From Candidatus Latescibacterota bacterium (lineage in GTDB: Bacteria > Latescibacterota > UBA2968 > UBA8231), in NCBI GenBank assembly GCA_965206595.1, contig OZ242214.1, positions 1,696,001 to 1,760,000 on the forward strand: 64,000 bases of DNA. The letters run 5' to 3'. This document shows positions 50,861 to 60,007 of this stretch, in pieces (within the stretch, counting starts at the first letter, position 1; each line of letters opens with the position of its first letter). The notes below the pieces were generated by a model. It ran no database searches. It was not told where the DNA came from and saw only the letters and a list, made by a program, of their open reading frames with translations. Both the position numbers and the translations under genes were made by a program.

Positions 50861-51493
50861 ATGCGAGCCCGCCGAACTGCAGCCGCCGCTGCCCTGGCAG
50901 CCGCCCTGGGGACTGTGCCCGCCGGGGCAGATCTGTCTGCCTTCGCGGGTACAGTGGAGTTCGACGAGGACGTCAATCTGGAGAGTGCCCCCGGGTTCGG
51001 CCTGCGCTGGGGCAGATCAGGGGCGACCTTCGGGGGCGAAACCTCACTGTTGATCTCGCGGCCAACCCGGAACATTCACGACGGCGTGGAGGAGACGACC
51101 ACGACCGCCGTATTTTACGAAGGCCGCTTCCTGGTCAATTTCCCCACCGGCGACCTGAAGCCGTTTGTCGGGGTCGGCATGGGAGCGGTGACCCTGACTG
51201 CCACCGATCCCCCCGGGAACATAGATGACGCCGACCTCCTGCAGGCGCTGAATGCCGTGTCCGATCTGCAGACGAACACTGCCTTGAGCTATGGCGGTGG
51301 AATTCGATACCAGGTTCAGGAGCGGTTTGATATACGGTTCGACCTCCGTCAATACCAGGTGTTTTCCGTTAGAGGGGCCGTGGTCGCCGAGGCTGCCAGG
51401 CAGGTTGAGGAAATTACGGGAGCCGACCTCGATACCGAGGACTACACGGTGCAGTTCAACGAGATCAGTGCAGGCATCGTCATCAATTTTTGA
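50861..51493 (+). CDS. Outer-membrane beta-barrel protein
   Basis: Signal peptide, PFVGVGMG, YGGGIRY, C-terminal Phe. Confidence 0.8.
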   Translation: MRARRTAAAAALAAALGTVPAGADLSAFAGTVEFDEDVNLESAPGFGLRWGRSGATFGGETSLLISRPTRNIHDGVEETTTTAVFYEGRFLVNFPTGDLKPFVGVGMGAVTLTATDPPGNIDDADLLQALNAVSDLQTNTALSYGGGIRYQVQERFDIRFDLRQYQVFSVRGAVVAEAARQVEEITGADLDTEDYTVQFNEISAGIVINF

Positions 51494-51544
51494 TCCCCGA
51501 TGGGAAGGTAGGGCGATTCTGGTTATCCCAATTTTAGATGGATG

Positions 51545-51578
51545 GAAAACCGACCTCATCCCGGGGGTCGGTTTTTTC
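51545..51578 (+). terminator. Intrinsic terminator
   Basis: AAAACCGACC...GGTCGGTTTTTT. Confidence 0.75.
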
Positions 51579-52039
51579 ATTTCCGGACCACAACGAGGCT
51601 TGGCGTCGGATGAGTCGTTGTTCGGGGTGCTCCATGACGCCTGCTGACGGGCCGTTTGCAACCCTCTTCGCAGTCTCAGCGGAAAAGCTGGCCGCTGACG
51701 ATCGAGCCTGTCATCCGGGCGCTTTTTTCGACCGCCTTGATCGCGGTCGAACCTGAAAAGCTGCAAGCAAAGAAGCAGGCCCAATGATTTCCCGTTAGCC
51801 ACCGTCGAAGGGGAAACCGCCTGTTCCTCATATTATGGGGCTTTTCACCCCCGCATGGCGGTCAGCGGCATATTCGGGTTCGTCCGGGTGTATCGGTTCC
51901 CACCTGATACGGCTGATCGTGGGGACTCGACCTCCGGCGTCGTTCCAGGACTCGACGCCGGGACAGTCCTTTTTACCGGTCCCTGCGGACAGGGTGCCGG
52001 GTGGTGCGTCGGTGTGACCACGCACTGGCAGGATGCGGC

Positions 52040-52615
52040 GTGATTAGAAACGGACCTGTCGTGGTATCGGGGATCCCGAGATCGGGAACTTCAATGTTGA
52101 TGGAAATGCTTTCCGCCGGCGGGGTGCCGCCCCTCACCGACGGGATTCGCTCTGCCGACTGCGACAACCCGGGGGGGTACTTCGAGTTTGAGCCGGTAAA
52201 GCGGATTTCCGAGAATTCGGAGTGCCTCGAGCAAGGGGCCGGAAAGGCGGTCAAGGTGATCTCGCGGCTGCTGCAGGATCTGCCGCGGGACCGCCGCTAC
52301 CGCGTGATCTTCATGCTCCGCGACCTCGATGAGCTCCTGTCCTCGCAGCGGCAGATGCTGGTCCGCCGCGGAAGGTGGACCGGTTGTGAGGGAGAGGACG
52401 GCGTTCGCGCCGCATTCGAGAATCACCTCGAAGCCACGAAAAGGTGGCTGCGAGAACATGCGCAAAATTTCGAGGTCCTCTACCTCCAATTTGAAGAGGT
52501 GCATGCGGACCCTCGCGGTGAGGCCCGCAGGGTGTGTGAGTTTCTCGGGGGAGGGCTGGATGTCGAGAGGATGGCGGACGCAGTAAACCCGGATCTCTAC
52601 CGGCAGCGATGCTGA
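52040..52615 (+). CDS. Sulfotransferase-family (P-loop) protein
   Basis: VSGIPRSGTSMLM, DNPGGYFE, IFMLRDLDE..SQ, LYRQR. Confidence 0.85.
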   Translation: MIRNGPVVVSGIPRSGTSMLMEMLSAGGVPPLTDGIRSADCDNPGGYFEFEPVKRISENSECLEQGAGKAVKVISRLLQDLPRDRRYRVIFMLRDLDELLSSQRQMLVRRGRWTGCEGEDGVRAAFENHLEATKRWLREHAQNFEVLYLQFEEVHADPRGEARRVCEFLGGGLDVERMADAVNPDLYRQRC

Positions 52616-53448
52616 GAATGGTCCGGTGGCTCCCCGTACCTCTGCTGGGCTGCTGCGTCTACTGATTACTGATGTGTCGGCCCCAGCGACGGGATCGTGG
52701 TCTGTCGCGAAACGGATGTCCGTAGCGAATAGCCTACTCCCCTGGTCATGGATGCGGAAGATGCAACCCCCAGGTGACACAGTAACGGAGAAAAACCGAC
52801 TCCTGGATTCATTTCTGTCTGCGAGGCCGGGGGCAGGTCACAGGCGTCAGGAGGGCCGACGGGGGTGAGGGCGCGGTTTTTCGCGGGAGTATTTTTATCC
52901 ACCTCGTGGTGGTACGGGGCACCCCGAGGTCACCCTACTCAGGGGAGTCCATGGCAACAGTCTCGAAATTCTTCCCCGAGACAGGAAGCAGGACCCGGTT
53001 GGTAAACGGCATTGAGGGTGGCGAAGATGAAGGCGGACGAGGTGGCTCGGCGCGGTGTAAGTGGCTGAAACCTTCCCGAAAGGGCTGCGAGCGCAAGGGA
53101 CACTGTTTTTACTCTGGTTGCCAGGGAGCCGGAAAACGATCTTGCACTGGCATGAATCGCCTGTGGGGTCTGTTTTCGTTTTCGCTCATGGGCACCAACG
53201 CCAACGGCGCTGCGAATTTTCCGTGGCAGCGGCGATAAAACCCGGTGCCGGCGGGAGGGACTCGGAACCCGCATGGCTACCCAGCGCCGGCAAGCAGTGA
53301 GAAGGTCGTTTCCGCTCCCGCCACCTTGGCAGGCACTACCTTTAAGGATACTCTTTGCGGTGAAGTGGGCAGGTCTTCGAATCGCAGGTTTGTCGGGACC
53401 AAAAAATCGGAATTGTTTACAAAGTGTAACTCATTCTGGGAGTACAAT

Positions 53449-54078
53449 GTGAGAAGTTATATAGTTCCATTTCTGGTGTCATTCTCGCTGCTCGCCTGCA
53501 GTCAGAACTACAGCGAAAAACCGGTGGAAGAAGCCTTGCGGGAAAAGGGGTTTTCACCGCTTCCCACTGCCATCGAAGCAAGCGGTGGTCCAGCCGTTTC
53601 CTCCGGGAAACGCTGGGGAACCCTGCTCGTCACAGTGCCGCCAGGGTGGAGGTCGCGGCCTCCTTCCAGCAGCATGCGGATCGCAGAGTACGTTCTACCC
53701 GCACCGGAAGGATCGTCCGCCGGCGCGGCGGAATTGGCGGTTTTCGCCGGAATAGGAGGCAGCGCCGAGGACAATGTGAATCGTTGGTACGGCCAGTTCG
53801 AGCAGCCTGACGGGACGCCGACCGCCGAGATGTCACGTCGTTGGGATGTCTCCGGCCGCAGCGGAATCACCGCGACGGTCGTCGATATCAGCGGCACCTT
53901 TAAAGGGGGTATGGGTCCTATGGCAGGCAAGACCATGCCAGATTTCCGCATGCTTGCCGCCATCGTCCAGGCAGGGAGTACCGTTTACCACCTGAAGCTT
54001 ACAGGTTCCCGGACCTCCGTCGGTCTCTGGGCAAGTGATTTCGAACGGCTGGTGACTTCACTCGATCTGGGGGGATAG
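53449..54078 (+). CDS. Hypothetical lipoprotein
   Basis: LLAC lipobox; PSSSMRIAEY, GGSAEDNVNRWYGQF. Confidence 0.7.
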   Translation: MRSYIVPFLVSFSLLACSQNYSEKPVEEALREKGFSPLPTAIEASGGPAVSSGKRWGTLLVTVPPGWRSRPPSSSMRIAEYVLPAPEGSSAGAAELAVFAGIGGSAEDNVNRWYGQFEQPDGTPTAEMSRRWDVSGRSGITATVVDISGTFKGGMGPMAGKTMPDFRMLAAIVQAGSTVYHLKLTGSRTSVGLWASDFERLVTSLDLGG

Positions 54079-54138
54079 AAGCGCCTCGGGCTCGGCCGCC
54101 CGAATTGAACTGCGGGAATCCAGGGAAAGGGACGTAGT

Positions 54139-54978
54139 ATGTACATGCATCTTGAGGACGAGTTCGGGGACGTGGTCGGCAAAGCGCGTCGCGGACAGGA
54201 AATCTCCACGGCGCAGCTTGCCAGCCCTTCAGGACTGAGCGTGGAGGAGCTGGACCAAATCGAGGCGTATCGCCTGACGCCGGACATCGAGGGGGTCGAC
54301 CGCCTCGCCGACAGCCTTGGCCTCCATCGCGACAAACTTCGGGCGAGTGCGGGGAAACGATTTTTTCCGCTCTTCCCGGCAGGGCGTCCCGTCGAAGGGG
54401 CGGTCGTGGAGATGTTGGTGCTCGGCAGCGATTTCCTGATGAACGGCTACGTCGTCGGCTGCACCGCGACCCGGCAGGGAACGGTCATCGATCCGGGATT
54501 CGAGGCGGGAAAAATACTGAAGACTGTCGAGACGCTGGGTCTCGACATCGTCTCAGTGCTACTCACCCACGGTCATGGAGACCACACTGGCGCGCTGTCC
54601 GAGGTGTGTCAGGCGACAAGCGCGCCTGCCTTCATCAGTCATGCGGATTCCTCCATGCTCGGGAGTCTGCGCACCAAGATCGAAGGTGAGTTGGTGGAAG
54701 GGCAGATTTTGGCGGTGGGGAATCTCCGGTTCAGAGTGACCGCCACAGGGGGACACACGCCGGGAGGCATGACCATCGTGCACGACCAGTTCGCCTTTGT
54801 GGGGGATGCCCTGTTTGCCGGATCACTCGGGGGCACGCAAAGCCGGGCAGCATACGAGAAGCAGCGCCAGACGGTTCGCGAAGGCATCCTCGGCCTCGAC
54901 GATGTGATCCTCTATCCGGGACATGGACCGGCGACGACCGTGGGGGAAGAAAGGGCGAGCAATCCCTTTTTCACCTAG
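54139..54978 (+). CDS. XRE-like HTH fused to an MBL-fold metallohydrolase
   Basis: KARRGQEISTAQLA..GLS HTH; THGHGDH, GHTPG, GDALF, YPGHG. Confidence 0.85.
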   Translation: MYMHLEDEFGDVVGKARRGQEISTAQLASPSGLSVEELDQIEAYRLTPDIEGVDRLADSLGLHRDKLRASAGKRFFPLFPAGRPVEGAVVEMLVLGSDFLMNGYVVGCTATRQGTVIDPGFEAGKILKTVETLGLDIVSVLLTHGHGDHTGALSEVCQATSAPAFISHADSSMLGSLRTKIEGELVEGQILAVGNLRFRVTATGGHTPGGMTIVHDQFAFVGDALFAGSLGGTQSRAAYEKQRQTVREGILGLDDVILYPGHGPATTVGEERASNPFFT

Positions 54979-54995
54979 TTCCGGTCCGGCCCGGT

Positions 54996-55829
54996 TCAGG
55001 GCTCGGGATATTTCCTGTCGTTCAGAGCCCAGTCGTATTCGGCGAAGGTGATGGCGACGTCGGGATTCGCCTGCAGGTATTCCGCGTCGCTCTCCTGCAG
55101 ATAGGGGAGGAGGAAGCGGAGTTGCGGGCTCAGCGTCCGAGGTTCATCCGGATTCCGCGGTGAAAACCCTGCTTCGAAGTCCGTGGCGAACCACTCGAGG
55201 AGTTTCGACAGGTAGATGGTCCCTACACCATCGTCTATGCGCACGTGGGACGCGGTGCGGGCAAACCGTCTTGTCGCCCCATCGAGGCGCTGCTCGAGAG
55301 TGGGGCCGTCGAAGACCCGATTCTCGAGCGGCGGACAGCTCGCTGCGGCGCAGTTGATGGCGAAGTGAATACGCGCATCCCTGAATTCCGGACGGATGAT
55401 CCGGTTCTCCAAGTGATCGAGGGTCAACTCCACTCCACCTAGGACGAACTTCTGTTCCCGGAAGAACCAGCCCTCGGTTCCGACCGCCATTACGCTGGCA
55501 ACGGGGTATGCGGTAACCACTCCTTTCAGGACCAGAGCGTTGTAGGCATTGATCCAGTAGGCGAGTCTGTCGCCTGGTCGGGAGAATCGATTGTCGTGGG
55601 AGTGAGGACTTTCCAGGGCAAGGCTGTCGACGTAGGTATCGAGGTCGCCAGGCTGTGAACTAAGGGCGCGATAGTCCACCGCACCTGTGTTTGCGACATG
55701 CTTTTTCAGAACGCGGTCGAGAATTTCGTGGGGGAAGGGAGCAGCTGGAGTTTCCCCCGCAAGTGCTTCGAGCGGCAGCACCACGACGAGTAGGTGCAGA
55801 GCGGCACGCAACGAAAAGCTAGAAGTCAT
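54996..55829 (-). CDS. DUF547 domain secreted protein
   Basis: VDY, LAYWINAYNA, LDHLEN, DARIHFAINCAAASCP, YDWALN. Confidence 0.88.
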   Translation of the reverse strand: MTSSFSLRAALHLLVVVLPLEALAGETPAAPFPHEILDRVLKKHVANTGAVDYRALSSQPGDLDTYVDSLALESPHSHDNRFSRPGDRLAYWINAYNALVLKGVVTAYPVASVMAVGTEGWFFREQKFVLGGVELTLDHLENRIIRPEFRDARIHFAINCAAASCPPLENRVFDGPTLEQRLDGATRRFARTASHVRIDDGVGTIYLSKLLEWFATDFEAGFSPRNPDEPRTLSPQLRFLLPYLQESDAEYLQANPDVAITFAEYDWALNDRKYPEP

Positions 55830-56805
55830 TCTCTGGTAAGTCCGTATCGAGCGGGGCACCTGTTTCCGGGGGTTCTGCGGCAAAGTGGTCGAGTGACGGT
55901 CCCTCTTCCAGGGGCGGATAGCCGGGTAGTTCGGGTTCTTCGAGTTCTGGCAGCCCTGGCTGCGAGATTCCCCCGAAGAAAGGGGGGTAGCAGGATGGGT
56001 GACGCAGGCGGCTCAGTGCCCTTTCTTTGATCTGCCGGATGCGCTCTCGGGTAACACCCAGCTGGTCCCCTATCTGGTCGAGGGTCAGCGGCTCGTCGCC
56101 GTCCAGGCCGAAGTAGCGCAAGATGACGTATCCTTCCCGCCCGTCGAGGTGCTGCAGGATCTCATCGATCTGGGCGCGTGCCGATTCCCCGACAAGGCCG
56201 CTGTCCGGCATGCTCTGAGCGGCATCGGTCAAGGTATCGAGCAGGTTTCGGTCGTCGTCCTTTTCGAAGGTTTCATCGAGCGAGCGAACGCTTCTCCCGC
56301 TCAGCAATGTGTTTACGACATCCTGCGCAGGTATCTCGAGTTCTTCGGCTATATCATCTACGTTGGGCTCGTTCTCGCGACCTTGCCCGAGCTTGCGGGC
56401 TGCTTCGGAAATTTCCCTCAGCTGAGAAAGCTTGTTCAACGGCAGGCGAACGGTTCGAGCCTGGTCGGCCACCGCCTGCAGAATGGATTGGCGAATCCAC
56501 CAGACCGCGTACGAGATGAACTTGAAACCTCGCGTGCCGTCGAAGCGCTCCGCCGCGGTCAACAGGCCGAGGTTGCCTGCGCTGATCAGATCCGGCAGCG
56601 ACAGGCCACGGTTCTGGTAGTTCTTGGCTACGTCGATGACGAAGCGCAGGTTCGCCTGCACGAGCTCGTTGCGGGCTTCCATGTCACCCTTGTTTATGCG
56701 CGCCGATAGCTCGACCTCGCGTTCGCGGGAGAGCGGTTTGGAGTCGGTAATGTCACTGAAGTAGAGGCGAATGGCGTTTTCACCGTCGTGCAAGGAATCC
56801 AGCAT
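55819..56805 (-). CDS. Alternative RpoD/RpoS-like sigma-70 factor lacking region 1.1, with an acidic Pro-rich tail
   Basis: ANLRFVIDVAKNY, DLISAGNLGL, KFISYAVWWIRQ, VTRERIRQI. Confidence 0.93.
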   Translation of the reverse strand: MLDSLHDGENAIRLYFSDITDSKPLSREREVELSARINKGDMEARNELVQANLRFVIDVAKNYQNRGLSLPDLISAGNLGLLTAAERFDGTRGFKFISYAVWWIRQSILQAVADQARTVRLPLNKLSQLREISEAARKLGQGRENEPNVDDIAEELEIPAQDVVNTLLSGRSVRSLDETFEKDDDRNLLDTLTDAAQSMPDSGLVGESARAQIDEILQHLDGREGYVILRYFGLDGDEPLTLDQIGDQLGVTRERIRQIKERALSRLRHPSCYPPFFGGISQPGLPELEEPELPGYPPLEEGPSLDHFAAEPPETGAPLDTDLPENDF

Positions 56806-57006
56806 GAACTCGATCTCCAGTTGCGGGAAGGGGAGTGGAGTCGGCATCAGGCCGGCCGGCAACGAACTGCTGCCTGCTGCGAAGTCAGTACGGCCGAATC
56901 ATACAGCAGCTGGAAAGGGGCGTCAAGACGTGGCAAGCCCAGGGACACATGGCGGTTCGGGGCCAGATGAATCGCCCCGGCTGCTCGCGATCCAAAGGAG
57001 TGACAG

Positions 57007-59337
57007 GTGAGTGAAAAGGGCGTGATCGCTATCCGCGGGGCACGCGAAGGATGTCTGCAAGGAGTGAATCTCGAGATTCCGCTCGGCCAGCTCAGCTGCT
57101 TCACAGGCCCCGCGGGTTGCGGTGCCCGGACGTTTGCGGTCGACGTTCTGTATCGCGAGGGGAGGCGGCGCTACCTGCAGGCATTTTCCGCTTTCGAGCG
57201 CGAATACCACGACGGTCTGCAGAAAGCGGAAGTGGACGAGATCCTGGGACTTCCACCCGCGATTCTGCTTCCCGGAATCCCTCCTCGACGAACGATTGCG
57301 GAATTCATCCGGTTTACGGAGGTGGTCGCCCTGCTGTTCGAGCGCCATGGCGAGAGAGCGTGTCCCGCCTGCGGTGGCAGCTGTGCGGGGTATTCTGTGG
57401 CAGAGGCGGCACGGCATGCGGTCGAAAACTTCGCAGGGACCCGGGCGCTGGTAGTAGCCCCGGTAGCATTGGAAGCAAAGGTTGAACCGGCGGCAGTGCT
57501 CGAGGAAATCAGGCGAGCCGGCTTCGCCCGCATCCTGATCGCGGGCGAGGTCGCACGAAGTGAGGAGGTTGCTCCGGACGCCCTGGCGCCGCTGGGGGAT
57601 ACCTTGCAGGTGATCGTCGACCGCGTTGAAATCGGCGAGGATACCCTCAATCGCATCGGCGAAGCCTTGCGCACCGCCCGTGCCATGTCCGGCGGGCGCT
57701 CTTCGCTGATTGCGGAGAAAAAAACCAAATCCCTGAATCAGCAGCTCACCTGCACCTCTTGCTGCAGGGAGTATCCAGACGTCTCGGGTGAAGAGCAGGG
57801 GGAGCCTGCCAATGCCGTTTCCGACAGCGGCCGAGTACCATCATCGTTTGCCGGAAATGCGCCGGAAGATGTCCTGGAGATGGGGATCGATCAGGCGGTC
57901 TCCTGGCTCGAGTATGTGGGCGAATCGACCTCCGTGAAAGGGGACGCGCTCGTTCAAGGGGCGCTTGAAGAGGCAGCCGGAACGCTCTCCCGGCTTGCAG
58001 GTCTGGGACTGGATCACGTTCCGCTGCAGCGGTCGGCTGCCGATCTGGCCTCGGGGGAGTGGCTTCGGCTGGTCCTTGCTCTGACTGCGAGCAGGTCCCT
58101 TACGGGGATCCTCTACATCGTGGAACCCTGCTCCGGTCTGGACGAGGCGAACCTGCGTCTGGCAATGCAAACCCTCGGAGAGCTGGTTTCTGCCGGTAAC
58201 ACCGTTGTGGTGATGGACAACGCCCCCTCGGTGGTCACCGCCAGCGACCAGGTTTTCGCGTTCCGCGGCGGGGAGGCTTTTTTCGCACCTGATCGGACGA
58301 TGGATGAACCTGCGAGGGAGAAAACCGTCCGCCCGGTCGAATGCTCCGGAGTTGGGGATTCAGCGGCCTCGATCCGCATCTGCGGCGCCGGAGATGGAAA
58401 GCACAACAACCTGCGTACCATCGACATCGAGATCCCCACGGGGAAGCTCGTCGTGGTTACCGGGAGTTCGGGAGCGGGGGCAACCAGCCTGCTGCGAGAC
58501 GCAATTGCCCCAGCTCTGCGGCGGCCTCCCGGTGCGAGAGGAGGCTCGGGCGCGCGTCGGGAGGGCGCCGGCCGCGGCTTGATCTCCCTGTCGACCGGAA
58601 ACCTCCGTCGCCTGACCGATCTTCGGGATCTGCGGGGCCATGGAGACGTACCAGTCGTGCAAACACTGGGACTGCTGGGGCCGATTGCCGCCCTGTTTTC
58701 CAGGCAGCCGACTGCCGAAGCCCTCGGCCTGAAACCGGAGTGGTTTCATTTGGATCGGCCGGGTGGACGCTGCCGGGTATGTCAAGGCAACGGCCAGCTC
58801 CGCTTCACCATCGATTTTCTCGACGATGTGGCCGCTCCCTGTCCCGGCTGTGAGGGACGCAGGTACTCCGCAGAAGCTCTGAAGGTCACACACCGCGGCC
58901 GCTCTCCGAGCGATATCCTCGAAATGACCGTGAACGAGGCAAGACAGCACTTCAGCCGGGAATCCAGGATCGCCTCTCGACTGGACACGCTCTCCCGATT
59001 CGACATGGGAGAATACCGACTGGGTGAGCCCACCCGCAGGCTGGAGGTGGCCGAGAGGCTCCGGCTTCAACTTGAAGTCGCCCTTTCGCGGGCATCTGAA
59101 AAGGACCTGCTGCTTCTGGATGCCCCGCTGGCGGGAGCCCATCCCGACGATGCCTCCGCCCTGGCAGATCTGCTCGCGGCGATTGTGTCCAAAAAGGCCA
59201 CCGTCATCGTCGCCGATCGCCATTCCAAACTGCTGCAAAGTGCAGACTGGATTCTAGTGGTTGGTCCGGGCAGCGGGCCAGACGGCGGCCTGGTAGTCGC
59301 CGAAGGGGTTTTACAATATGGCGGAAGTGCAGTGTAA
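57007..59337 (+). CDS. UvrA-like ABC protein with degenerate ATPase motifs
   Basis: Colinear with UvrA (IRGARE, LYREGRRRY, IVDR, NNL, Cys clusters, ADWILVVGPGSG), but Walker A/B and signature motifs are altered. Confidence 0.85.
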   Translation: MSEKGVIAIRGAREGCLQGVNLEIPLGQLSCFTGPAGCGARTFAVDVLYREGRRRYLQAFSAFEREYHDGLQKAEVDEILGLPPAILLPGIPPRRTIAEFIRFTEVVALLFERHGERACPACGGSCAGYSVAEAARHAVENFAGTRALVVAPVALEAKVEPAAVLEEIRRAGFARILIAGEVARSEEVAPDALAPLGDTLQVIVDRVEIGEDTLNRIGEALRTARAMSGGRSSLIAEKKTKSLNQQLTCTSCCREYPDVSGEEQGEPANAVSDSGRVPSSFAGNAPEDVLEMGIDQAVSWLEYVGESTSVKGDALVQGALEEAAGTLSRLAGLGLDHVPLQRSAADLASGEWLRLVLALTASRSLTGILYIVEPCSGLDEANLRLAMQTLGELVSAGNTVVVMDNAPSVVTASDQVFAFRGGEAFFAPDRTMDEPAREKTVRPVECSGVGDSAASIRICGAGDGKHNNLRTIDIEIPTGKLVVVTGSSGAGATSLLRDAIAPALRRPPGARGGSGARREGAGRGLISLSTGNLRRLTDLRDLRGHGDVPVVQTLGLLGPIAALFSRQPTAEALGLKPEWFHLDRPGGRCRVCQGNGQLRFTIDFLDDVAAPCPGCEGRRYSAEALKVTHRGRSPSDILEMTVNEARQHFSRESRIASRLDTLSRFDMGEYRLGEPTRRLEVAERLRLQLEVALSRASEKDLLLLDAPLAGAHPDDASALADLLAAIVSKKATVIVADRHSKLLQSADWILVVGPGSGPDGGLVVAEGVLQYGGSAV

Positions 59338-59367
59338 GTCGTTCCGGATCGCCGGGAGGCAGATCGC

Positions 59368-59395
59368 TTGACGCCGTATTTCACTATTGTATATT
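59368..59395 (+). promoter_or_regulatory. Sigma70-type promoter of CBS-korAB
   Basis: TTGACG-16bp-TATATT. Confidence 0.5.
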
Positions 59396-59444
59396 GGTGC
59401 AACCATAGAGTTTTCGAGGTATTACACGGTTTTCGCAAACCTCC

Positions 59445-59915
59445 ATGCCCGTAGAAATCGATCTTCAGCAACAGCGAGTAGCCCATCTCGATCTTACCTC
59501 TTTTGCCACCGTCAAGACCGGCGCCAAGGTGCGGGAAGCGCTGGTACGGATGCGCCAAAGCCGAGTCAGTGCCATCCTTGTCCAGGACGAGGAAGACGGT
59601 CTCATCGGAATATTTACCGAGCGAGACGTCCTGCTGAAGGTAGCGGACAACCCATCCACCCTCGACAACGTCGTCGATGACCTGATGACGGCCGATCCGC
59701 AGTCAGTTACGTCGGATACATCGGTCGGTCATGCCCTGCACCTGATGAATGCAGGTGATTATCGCAACGTCCCGGTGCGCGACGAATCCGGGGCGGTGAT
59801 CGGTAATTTGTCTCAACAGGCGATGATCACGTTCCTGACCGATCATTTTCCTCGAGAGATCTACAACCTGCCCCCGGATCCCGAGATGATTCCGACAACC
59901 CGGGAAGGGGCATGA
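59445..59915 (+). CDS. CBS-pair protein
   Basis: LIGIFTERD, LMTADP, YRNVPV. Confidence 0.9.
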   Translation: MPVEIDLQQQRVAHLDLTSFATVKTGAKVREALVRMRQSRVSAILVQDEEDGLIGIFTERDVLLKVADNPSTLDNVVDDLMTADPQSVTSDTSVGHALHLMNAGDYRNVPVRDESGAVIGNLSQQAMITFLTDHFPREIYNLPPDPEMIPTTREGA

Positions 59916-60007
59916 GATGATGGTCGGTACGGACACCCGGGGACAGGCATCGGATCAGCGGCACCCTCTCATTTCGTTCTCCTCCACTCGGCAGGAGTAG
60001 CTCCCCC

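Noticed and set aside
51595-51645. Fluoride riboswitch (ATGACGCCTGC)
   Set aside because: The GGCGATGG/P1 stem is missing and there is no fluoride-related downstream gene
52616-53330. OLE RNA assignment
   Set aside because: Only short word matches from memory with wrong spacing, and no oapA-like gene adjacent; kept as an unassigned candidate
57007-59337. Calling this gene uvrA
   Set aside because: Catalytic residues are missing at both nucleotide-binding sites, so the symbol is withheld
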